A program made the translations under genes and the position numbers. This document shows positions 35,601 through 47,600 of a DNA stretch of 64,000 nucleotides, piece after piece. A model generated the notes under the pieces. The model made no database searches and was not told the origin of the DNA. It was given only the letters and a program-made list of their open reading frames with translations. Source of the stretch: Podarcis bocagei (Eukaryota); assembly GCA_964188305.1 (NCBI GenBank), contig OZ076895.1. One strand, given 5' to 3'. Positions within the stretch are counted from its first letter, which is position 1, and each line of letters begins with the position of its first letter.

Positions 35601-38600
35601 TCCGCACCACTAGCTGCAAGAACTTCAAAAGAAATAATTTGGATGAAGCTAATGCACATATTTCAAGGAAGAAGGGGGAGTAAAGACTGCTAACAGAAGA
35701 GATCTCTGATAAAACAAGACGAGTCGGAGGAACAAGTATAAATCATGAAAAGATACGCCAAGACTCGGTATGGCAAAGGGACTGATGGGGGAGGGGAAAA
35801 AACTTTCATTTCTTACCTTTATGTGATTAAACAAGAATCCCCCCCCCCACAAGTCAGAAATGTCATTTTAAGGCCTTAAGCTGTGGATTTAAGGCTGTGT
35901 GGAGATAAACTTTTGAACCAGAGCATGTTTTAAGAAGAGCGTGGAATGTATAAGGGCTTTGGAATGACGCAGTTAAAAATACTGTCGCCATATTGGGAAG
36001 TTCTGTCGGAGGACTTAAGTCTGAGAGGAGAAATAGAGAAATAGAGCTGTTTTTATATTGTGGATGAAACTCCGCAGTGGGACTTAAGAACGACAGTTCT
36101 GTAATTAATGATGGAAAGAGCGTTGTTATCTATCAAGGCGATGATATATGGAAACCATCTCGATTTGAGGACTAGAAGTACGGAAAAACCCACACAGGAT
36201 TATTATTAGTGTTTATCGGCTTAAGGAGACTATCAGAAGAGATCATAAAGAAAAAAGAGAAAATATATGAACAAGATGTGATGTGGAAACAGCAAGATAA
36301 GTCTGGATAGAATTATGAACTTTGTTTGGACTGATTTGGACATTAACACAGTAGCAAGAAGATGATCAGAATCCCCCTTCGGATCTTGAAATATGGGTTC
36401 CCTCAACAAAATTTAAAATTCGGCTTTGTAATTCGGAATTTATGTGATGTGATTTGATGTGATTGGCCAGTTAATAAAAATTATTTTTAAAAAAAGAAAA
36501 AACAGCTTTGCTGTTGCTAATATAGTCATACCTTGGTTCTCGAACGCCTTGATACTCGTATGTTTTGGCTCCCAAACACTGAAAACCCAGAAGTGTTCTG
36601 GTTTTTGAATGCTTTTCGGAAGCTGAACATCCGATGAAGCTTCCACTTGAGTGCAGGAAGCTCCTGCAGCCAATCGGAAGCCACGCCTTGGTTTTCGAAT
36701 GGTTTCGGAAGTCAAACGAACTCCCGGAACAGATTAAGTTCGAGAACCAAGGTTTCACTGTACAGCCTTATATTTCATATAACACAATTTGTTTTCCATA
36801 CAACTCCATTGCCTGTTTTCATAGTTGGAGAAAATGCTAGTTCTCACTGAGATGGTAAAGTTGTGTCTGGGCTGCAGGTGGAGGTTCACATGACTGAATA
36901 CTATTCCACATGCAAAAAACTTCAACACAGAAAACTAGATGTCAGGGAGAAAAGTTGTGGCACCAGATCCAAAAAGAAAACCCACCAATAACCTTCCTGT
37001 TTAACTTATTGAGCTTATACAACCTCTCTCAGAAAACATTCATTACTTTTGAAGCTCAGAAATATATTTATATATCTAAAGAGTAGAGAATGGTGTACGT
37101 AATTATGAGGAGCATAGCATGATGTGGGGCCTGCACATACATGGAGGAATACATAGACCTCTACATGTATAAATGGAGTCTAAAATAAGGTATGTGGTGC
37201 CTATTTTATACTGAAGGGGTAGTAAACATGATTGATTTGAGTAAAATCTGGAGGGCAACTCTCACCAGACCCAGCCAGCATGGCCAACAGCCGGGGCTGA
37301 TTCAAGTTGTAGCCAACAATATCTGGAGGGTAGTGCATTGACCACTCCTGCTTTTCCATTTAAAAAAAGAACACAAGAATCAGGTTCAACCACAATTAAA
37401 ATACTACAAAACAAACAGTATGGAAACAGGCAATAAACCAATGACACCTTTGTTCTAAGCCAATAATCTATTTTGTCCCTGGAGCTTCCACTCATCATAG
37501 CTGCAAGAGACGACTGCCTCTCCCATCTCTAAGCAAAGAATCCTGCTTCCCTTGTTAGCCACATAAATACTTCTACTCCAGAGCTTGTGGTGGGCCAAAT
37601 GAAACCAACTGCTTCCTGCTCACCCCTCCAGCCCCTGGAAATGAATCTTGCAAGTTGTAAGCCCTTAGTAAACATGTCCCTTCTGCCCTGGGCTTCCATC
37701 ACACAGAAGCAGTGCAGACGCAGATGGGCATGTTGAACTTTTTGGTCACTAATTCAGCAAAACTTACACCGGCAGGAGCTGATGTTGTTGGAACATTTTC
37801 TGGACTCAAGGCTCTTCTCAACTGGGCATCCAAGTCCTCCAGAGGTTGCTGGGACTGCAAGAAGTAGGAACAATTAGCTGTTGTTAGCTGTTGCCCCTTT
37901 AAACCTTGCTATACATGTAACATCTAAACTATTTTGAATTCTACAACAGAATTCTGAAGTGACATCAGAAATTCAATGATTAAGCAGAAGACCACAATAT
38001 TATCATCTTTTAATCATAGAACATTCATGAATGTGACTTTACTTCACCATAATGTCATTTACAACAACATACAATGAAGCAGTCAAGCTTCTTGGAACCT
38101 AATAAATTTCATGTTTTTAAAGAAACCTAGTGAAGAGTCCAGAACTCGTGGTTGTGTATTCCACAGCCCACAGCCACTTAAGACACAGACACAAAGCCTC
38201 CTTCAGAATAATCCTGTGTGGGCACGTTGGAAACTATTTTATTGGAATAAATGTTTGTAGCCAACAGCCTACTTTAGGTGTATAAAGTGAACTGACAATG
38301 GGCTGCTGCTGATATGATATATACCCAGAGTTGAGGTGCACTAAACTTTCAGAGAACAGTTATTTCCAGTTTTCAACAGCTATATGGCAGGAAATAAGAG
38401 GAGAGATAAATGGGCACATTGTAAGGTATTCAATTATGCTTTACTCAGAGTAGAACATTGAAATTAATGGGCCTAAATTAGTCATGTTCATTAATTTCAA
38501 TTGGTCTACTCTGCATATAGCTTAGTTGAATTCCACCCTTAATACAAACATCTTTGAGCCAGTCAGGTGACTGTTGAGATGTCAGATTCCCATAATACTC

Positions 38601-41600
38601 TGGGCTACATTTTTCTACCCATCCAACATTTAACGCACTGTCATTTACAAAGTTTCCAAAAGAATCACTCCTTACTGCTCAGTAGATGTCTGTTGAAAGC
38701 AAACAAGCTACATGATGTTATTATATGACCAATGCAAAAGTCAACTACAATCAAATCTGTTCAATCCATGTCTTGGCACCTCAATAAAAACCTCCATATA
38801 AACCAGTCCTTAGCCTTCATAGGCAAAAACAGTTGTTTTATCTACCCAATAATCTAGGAATCAAAGGAACCAGCTCATGTGCATTCATTAAATTTCATCC
38901 TTTACACTTCATCCATCTGTTTCAGACCTTGGAGAACATCTCCATGGATTCATTTTGTTTCCCCAAAGTACTAAAATGTAAGAATCTGGCTCTAATCATA
39001 CATGACTTTGTATTGATGACTCCATACCTCAATCAACTTATGACGGAAGTAGAATATCTGCTATTAGGCATGCAATGCCACATAATATCAGACTAATATT
39101 TTTGAGATGTTTCTTTCTATCATGTTTGTAGGACAAAGCCTAGAAATTGCTCTCCAGATAGGTATGAAACCCATTACTGGCCATTGTGGAAACGAGACAT
39201 TACACTTACCCAAAGTGTGCCTCATCTTACGTTTCCTACAACATCTTAAGCATGGTTAGCATTGTGTTATAAATGAATAGTATGAAAACAGAAAGAGAGG
39301 CCTAAGTAAAAGTATAAAAATACACCTTTAATTGCTATAATTTACTCAGCAGTTTGTTTGTTTGTTTACATATCCAGCCATGAAAATATCATAGCAGCAT
39401 TGACTGATGAGGTGAGTAAGATTAGTTTAGAACAGGCATCCTCAAACTTGGCCCTCCAGCTGTTTTGGGTCTACAATGCTGACCCCAAGAAAGTACAAGT
39501 AGCTTTAAACTAGTGCTCATGAAGTTCAGCAGCTTTTATTTCTTTGTGGGGCTTGCACATTGGGGCACAGCAATCTTCAAAGGAAAAAAGGAGTATCAAA
39601 TGAAGAAACCATTTCAATTTTTATAAAAGAAAAGGTTACTCGGTGTAAAAAAAAGTGTAGAAAGAAGTAACATGCAACAGAGTTTAATTTAAACATGCTC
39701 TTTGAAAAGGGAAAAAAGGAGAAGCAGATATAGCACCTGAGTTAGTGTAGGTCCTGGAAAGGGTGGCAGCTGCTCACTGGCTGGAGTGCCAGCTGGAAGT
39801 TCAGAACCTACCAGTGGCCCCTATGAATAGATGGTAAAATTCAAGTTCAGTCACAGAAGAAAAAGATTGTAACATCATATAGAAAAAAGAAAATTCGCTG
39901 TAGAAGCTTTAATACTGAAGGGGTACCATTAACAAAATAGAAACAATTTTTGAGACAATGTGCTTTGACTCAACCACAAATAGCATATTATCCGTGAAGA
40001 TGGGGATATGCTAAAACATGGTCCAGCACTCGGATGCTTTGCCATCTTTTTCTGACTTCCCATTTCTATAGTGTTGCCCCTTCTCTGCTCACTCCCTGGC
40101 AACTGCTTGTCTCTCACTAACACTTGGTACAGATTTCCTACCCTCCTACCTGCTACTGGATTGATAGTGGGATCTGGGTTATTTGACTGTAAACAAAGTG
40201 CAGCGAAAGCTATTAGAGGGAACACAACCAACCCCCGTATTTAAGGGCAGTTTAAACAAGGCAATACACAGCCACGTTTTCACAGAATCATAGAGCCATT
40301 AAAATGAATGAACGTGACTAAGGGAGCAACTAATTTCAACAGGTCTACTCTGAGTAAAACTTAGCTGAATACCACCCAGACCAGGTAAAGGCTCTCAAAG
40401 GTCAATGCCAGAGTTGTCTTTATACTCATTTCATACATGGACCATTTTTCTACTCATGATACCTTCCTATATGAAAACTACTCTACACAGAAGTTTGTAA
40501 ACTCATGTGGCAGTTTTGTTTTGTTTTGTTTTGTTTTGTAACACGTAATACTGTACCTAGTTTTCCAGCAGACTAATTGCGGTCCCTGCATAAAATAGTG
40601 TCATATATGATATAGTCCCAAGTGGAGGAAAATACTTTTAGCAGTCTTCTCCAAACAATTCTTAAGATAACGCTGTTATCTCAGATACTGATTCATGAGA
40701 AATAGTTAGGCACAGCAAACATTACAGACACCCACAGTGCCTAGTATTACAATCTTATGGCATTCATGCTTAGAAACCTATTACCATTCTACAACAAAAC
40801 ATCTGTTGTAGCCATTTTGATAGAAACTACTGAATGTGTATTATTGTTTACACACCATGCTATACTGAGAGAAAAAAACCTCTCTTCCCATGCAAGTAGT
40901 TTGCAATATGGCATGTCTCAAGCCATCCTTTGATGCACAAGTACATTCAGAAGGTCTGGCTAGCTAAAGTAAGTATTTGTGGATTACGGTTACTGTAATT
41001 ATTTGCAAGGCTGATCAACCAAAAGTGTAAAAAGGAGCTAACAAATGGACTGATGGTGCATGTTTGGGTTTAGTTGAATTCATAAAAACTAGCAGTCTAC
41101 TGGGTGTTTTATTAAAAGAAGGTTGAACATGCAAAATGTGAGGAAAAACTCAGCTAAGTTACCAAAAAGTTGTTAGATAAGAGGCAGTAGAATGAAGCAC
41201 ATCAGTCTCATAGCAAAGTTAGAAAGAACATTCCAGCAACTTCCGTATGTAATAATAGAAATGAAAGTTTAAAAGGTAAGGTGCGGGATCTCTGAACACT
41301 CTCTCGACTCCCTCTTAAAAATACATAGCTGTACAAATTTCAGTATGGAATAAACAATGTGTACAGTACTTTTTGGAAACATGAATGAACTGAAAGTCAG
41401 TGCTATCTACTTTGACACTGGGCAGTTTTAGGAAACAATTGACTCTACACAATCTGATACAAATTTCTGTGAACACCACAAATCTTTTAGCCATCTCTTT
41501 TCCAACAGTAGTTTCTCCTGTAGAATTTATATTGATGGCACAGCCCATGTTTATCATAGAACTACAGTTAATATGGCAAGTGCGCCATCAGACCACAAAA

Positions 41601-44600
41601 CCTACTGCATACTTTGGCACTTAACATCTTCTCTATTTACTGAATGTACATGTCACAAAACAGGCCTCATATGGCCACCCAAAAACAGCTAACAATGTGT
41701 TACATCTTAATAAACTGATGCTCAGCAGCAAACTGCAACAATTCTCTCAATGTTGGTCAGACGTTTGCCTTGCATTTGAAGAAGGTGCCATGGCTATTGG
41801 CCACCCAGAATGTGAATTGAAATGAAAACAGCCCATGGTGCTAGTGATACATTATTTCTTCCTTGTTTTGTACACAATGAGGCCATCCAGAAGTCATGGC
41901 AAGCACCAATACTTAAGAGGTATACAAAACAAATGGGGGGAAGAACAGCTGAATTAAAGCACTAAATGCACGGAACTGGCCATGGAAGGAATAGCTAAAT
42001 GTTCCAGGTCAGTCTTAGAAGGCTCCTAGCTTAGGATATTTTAAAACGCATTCATAAGACCACTGGATTCCTTACCGGTGCCCTGCTAAGAGGTGGCTTT
42101 GAAGGAGGTGTCCCTGATTTGGCTGTTGCTGATGCTGTACTGCACGTTGTAGTAGTAACACAAGTGACTGGAGTGCCTGCTTGCCCAGGTGTGGCTACTG
42201 GAGTCGCAATAGGTAAGCCTGTTGGACCAAGAATCAAACTGGCTGGTGGTATACTGGTACTTGCAACAGGTGCCGCAGGTTTTGTGGGCGCAACAGCAGT
42301 TGTTGGCAAGCCAGGCATAACTGTAGTCTCCACCACCAGTGATGTCTCCAGGGATACCGATGGGTGAGCTGCTCCAACACCACCATGCTCACTGAAAAGG
42401 GACCGGAGCTTTTCTTCCAATGTCTTTATGTCATCTATGCCAGGTGCTTTGGGTTGACTGTCAACATCCCCTTCCAGGCAGTGAGTATGAGGTTGATTGG
42501 CTAATGGAGCTGGTTGAGGCTGACTATGTATTAAAGTCTGCTGGACTGCAGGGACATTCGTTACTGGTTGTGCCAATGGCAGAATGCCAGGTAATACTGG
42601 GGTAGAAACAGGACCTGCTGCAGCACCTAAGCTAGATGAGGTAACTGTGGGTGGGATGGGTAGTGGCTGCGAGATGGAGCTAGATATGCTTGATGCTACT
42701 GCAGAAGATATAGGTACAGAAACAGGCGCGGGCAGTCCACCTCCGCTGACTTGCTGTGGTTTTTCCGGTGACTGTTCGATTTTTGACCTTGGCTGCAGCA
42801 CACTAACTACCACCATTTCAGCTAGGCTGGGTACAGAGCCGCTGGTGTTCAACTGAGAAGACTGCGAAACCACGCTCTGTGCCGAAGACACAGGGACCGA
42901 TGTTTGAGAATCGGCTGTGGCAGCACTGCCAGCACCAACCTGTTGAGATGTCGCAGTTGGTGCCACAACTCCCGATATTGTAATGCTAGGCCTTGTCGTT
43001 CCGGCTTGTGGCAATGTTAAAGAAGCAGGGGTGCTAACACTAGGAACAATTTCCCCAACAGCAGAAGCCACCTGGGATGCAGTTGTGGACAAAGAAGAAG
43101 GTGCACTGACGCTGGAAGGCACTCCGCTAATTGACTGTGACTGCAACCCTGGTGGTGGAGAGCTGGAGCCCGGCAATTCTTCACCCGACGGAAGCCCTGC
43201 TGTCACTTTTTCTGTTGACTGAGTTGTTGGTAAAGAAACACCGGTGGTGGAAGGAACTGAGGCAGAAGGAGCAGGCACTGATGTTGGTGGCAGCCCCCCA
43301 TTCATGCTTGAACTTAGGCATGGAAAAGGTGGCACAGCCTGGTTAAAAACTGGGGGGGCTGTGCTTGGTCCTTCCGTCATCTGAGCATGTTTAAGCTCGG
43401 AGAAAGCTTGTTGCAGACTGAGTGAAGATGCCGAGTGAGAGAGATTCATTCCAGGGCCATGAGATGGAGAAGCAGCAACTGCAAGGAAGAGAGGTAAAGT
43501 CAGCTTCTCTGCAGAAACTTACTGGGTGGTAGTTAACAAAGTTTTACTCAGAGTAGCCCCACTGAAATCAATGGGCCTAACTTGGATTTCTGAAAGATAT
43601 CAAAGGCCATAAGTACTTTCTATAGCAACAGATTTTTGCACTGACTGCCTCTTCATTTTCTACCTAAAGGAAACTTGGGGGAAGGAGGAACACAGTAGCA
43701 CAATTAGTTATTTTCCTGATTCCCCTGCTCCCACAGGTTTCAGCAACGGTGAACTACCACAAATTCAAGTCACTGAGGCTTATAAAGTACTGGAAACAAG
43801 CATATATATGCAAGATAGCTTATGGATGCAAGAGGCAGCTAGATACCCCTTTATGACTAGGAATCCTAATTTTCTATTTCTAACAGTATACCTTTCACAG
43901 TACTGCACACTCAAATAGATGGCAACAGTTTATGCCATGCTAATAAAGAAAGAAGGTAGGTTTACTTTCATTTTACCTATAGATTTTTACCACAAAGATG
44001 GGGAAACTGCAGCCCTTCAGGTGCAGCTGATCTACAACTCCCATCATCCTTGGCTCTGTTAGCTGGGGCTGATGGGAGCTGGTATCTAACAACATCTGGA
44101 AGGCCAATGGTTCCCCTTCTTTGTTTTACAATATTTACAAGCCACCCTACAATAAAGTTCTCAATGCAGCTCACAATAAACAATAAAACCATTCAAAATT
44201 CCAACATAAAAATTACAAAAGAGTCAGATGAAATAAAAACGTGTTAAAGCTACAGCAAATTAAACCGCCTGGATTTTTTTTTTTTTTTTTTTTGGAGCTG
44301 ACACCAAAGTGGTCACCAGGCAAGGACATTCTCTCCCCCATAACCACTAGCTGCAGCTCATTTGGCTGGAGAAACTGAGAAGGGCCACTGAAGAAACCCA
44401 ACACACAGGTAGGCACACATGGAGAGAAACGTGCCTTTAGAAACAAATAATAAATTCATTATTGATACAAGCCCTGTAAAACTGTTTCCTTGAAATCCAC
44501 ACATTCTGTTAGTGGTAAGAGCAGGATGTGTTGGGAATGGTGATTAACTCACCTATATCAAGCAGCTCACTTTCTGATGGGATAGAAGTGAAAAATTTCT

Positions 44601-47600
44601 GTTCTCGTAACCTACTTTCAGGTACAGGGCTGACAATAAACCGTCTTCCAGCAGAATGGACAACCTGAGTCAATGAGTTAGGAGGAACACCTAAAGTAAC
44701 AGAGAAAAATGTAAGATTATAGTTGTGCAATTTCCTACTGAAATATGTACAATCTACCACACGGTACTGAATCATGCCATGACTGTCTTATACTACACCT
44801 AGAATACAAACCAGCAATAGAAGATTGTTAAGAGAATTCAATAGCCCTTACCTATTCTTTGTGGCATAGAAGACACAGGATCCGGCTGTTTGAAGTCTCC
44901 ATCCAATTTCTGCAACAAATGAAATGATTATTTTTCTGCATAATCCCAGCATTCGACCACTAAATACACTGATGGCCATGTCTGGGTGAAATGGTAAATT
45001 CTGGTTTAATTCTATGTAAACCTCCTCTGAGGCTTGTGAACTCCCTTCCGCTTACGCGGCCAAGGAGAAGTCATTTCATGGCTTTCATAATTTCTTTATC
45101 GTTAAGACTTCAGCTCAAGTTGATAGATAACTTTTGCCAAGATTGCTTGATGGAAGACAGAGCAGTAGAAAGACGCATAGACCTTGTGGCAGAAGGTATG
45201 AGTGCAAACAGTAAGATAAACCCTTACCTGGTTATGCATACTGTCCATGCTCTGGTCACCTTCTGGTTCCCCACTTGCATCCTCACTGAGCATTTCATCT
45301 GCCTTTTCTATGATGTCACGCACCTGCTCTACAAATGAATCTCTCTCCATAGCCAAGATGAATTCATTTTGCACCTGCATAAAATTTGGAATTGTGGTAA
45401 GTACAGACATGTCACCTTCCACTCACCTGAGCAAGTTACAGCAGCAGTTCAGGCGGAAGCACCAAAAGGAAAACTATGCAGAACTACGGCAGTTACAGAT
45501 GCTGAACTTTCTCTCCTATACTACAAAGGAAAACTGGCCTTCCAATCTACAAGTACTAGTTTGAACACTTTTTGTAAATCACTTTGAGGCATTTCTCTCT
45601 CTCTCTCTCTCTCTTTTACAATCAAGCGGTGTATAAATTTTATGAAATAAAAAAATAAACTGGTGAGGTAGTGAACTCAACCATGCCCAGCTTTGGTCAC
45701 AGAGACACTCGCCAAATATGCTGCTTTCTGTCTTCTGCAAACGTGACTGCATCTCTTGCAGTGATAACAAGAGGGAGGGATGACCAATCTAAACAGAGGA
45801 TGAGCAGCTATATTCTCAGTAATCATGGAGTTTACTGGGGGCCTTCCATGATGTTACTTGGCAGACTAAATACTTTGTATATCATTTCCCAAACATTACA
45901 GTAGTTATGGAAACAAATATTAGAGGTATGATTTCCCCCCAAAATAAAAATATGCATTCTGCTTTTGGGCTAGCCAGTTGCTGCTTCCAGATCATGGCCC
46001 TTGAGTGCAGAACAGCTGGACAATTGTTTGCTTGAAGAAATGATAGTTCTGAGAAAGAAGTTGATTCAACAGTTTGATTTAAGCAAGTACTAGCCTACAC
46101 GCAGCAACTTCAAACATTTGTTAACCAGCAAACTGTGGAAAACTCAGCAGACAAATTACAATAAAACTGTGCTAAAAACAAGCACTTGGAGAAAGCAAAT
46201 TCAGTAGCAATTAAATATTAGGTACTGAAGCTAATATTTGAACACAGAATTAAGCTTCCATCTGAACTGCTTACCATGATAGAGGCTATTTCCTCTGGAT
46301 TGTCACCATCCAAGTCGAATTTGAAAGTAACCATTTTTCTATTGTGTGTTTCTAACTGGCATTCCACAACACGGTCTCCTTTATTTGAAACCTGGAACAG
46401 ACAATTCTGTTATTCAAGATGAGAAGTAAACAGAATGGAAGAGAATCATAGCTGTAGATGGGCTGGGAGCAATATAGAGAGGCAGAAAAATACGCAGATG
46501 AAATTATCAAGAACCACCAGGGGTTTCCCCCATAGCCATAAAGGGATTGAACAAGGCATTCAGGGGCATGGGGGTTGAATTCATCTCCCATAAAAGTGAA
46601 ATTCCATATATTACAAGGGGACAGAGTTGTCTGGTTCACACATAACATGAAGCCATAGTTTATTAAACACAGGCCAGTAGTATACTTATGGTGCATTTAG
46701 TGCCAGCAAACCAGGATCTGAAACCATGATTTGTTACTGACTTGCAAACCTTTGTTTCTTTTAAATATGGCTTTGTGTTATGTGTGAACTACCTTCCTTG
46801 ACCATGATTTTTCTGGCCTCTCCACCCCAGATGCTCACCAAGCTAGAAAGGTATGAGAGCAGCTAGAAGGAGGTAAACTTGGGGAAAACAAGCAACCGTT
46901 TGATTGTCTATGTGATAGCTCATAGTTTGTTAAATGAACCATGGCTTAGTGCTATGTGAATAAGGCCATTCTCTTCCCCCCTTGCCCCCCCTCACACACA
47001 TACATACACAATCTTAAAATATGGTGGAAGCTTGATGGGGACACGGTAGTTACACAACTCAATATATGCCATCTTAAGCAAAACAAACAAACAAACAAAC
47101 AAACAAACAAACAAACAAACAAACAGAAACACAATAGTATAACCCAATATAAGAATTTAGGACAGAAAAAGCAGCACAGGAGAACAATTTGTCAAGAGGT
47201 TAGAACAGTGACTGAATTCAGATATACAGTGGTACCCCGCAAGACGAACGCCTCGCAAGACGGAAAACCCGCTAGACGAAAGGGTTTTCCGTTTTGGAGG
47301 CGCTTCGCAAAACGAATTTCCCTATGGGCTTGCTTCGCAAGACGAAAGCCCATAGGGAAATCTCCGGGGACCTCTTTTAAATGCTAGCGGTGGGGAGCAA
47401 AGCCTTTCCCCCCCCCTCCGGCCTTCAGAAGAGGTCCAGGAAGGCTGGCGGGGGCCGAAAGGCTTTGCTCCCCAGCGCCAGCATTTTAAAAGCAGTCCGG
47501 GATAGCAGGGAAACGCTTCCTGCTATCCCGGAAGGCTTTTGAAGGCAGGAGAGTCCGCGAAGCCTGGGCGCGCTGCGCGCAGGCTTCGGCATGCCGGCAA

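Noticed and set aside
42119-43346. Plus-strand ORFs antisense to WNK1 exon 19 (also at exon 24 and HSN2)
   Set aside because: Shadow ORFs of low-complexity coding sequence.
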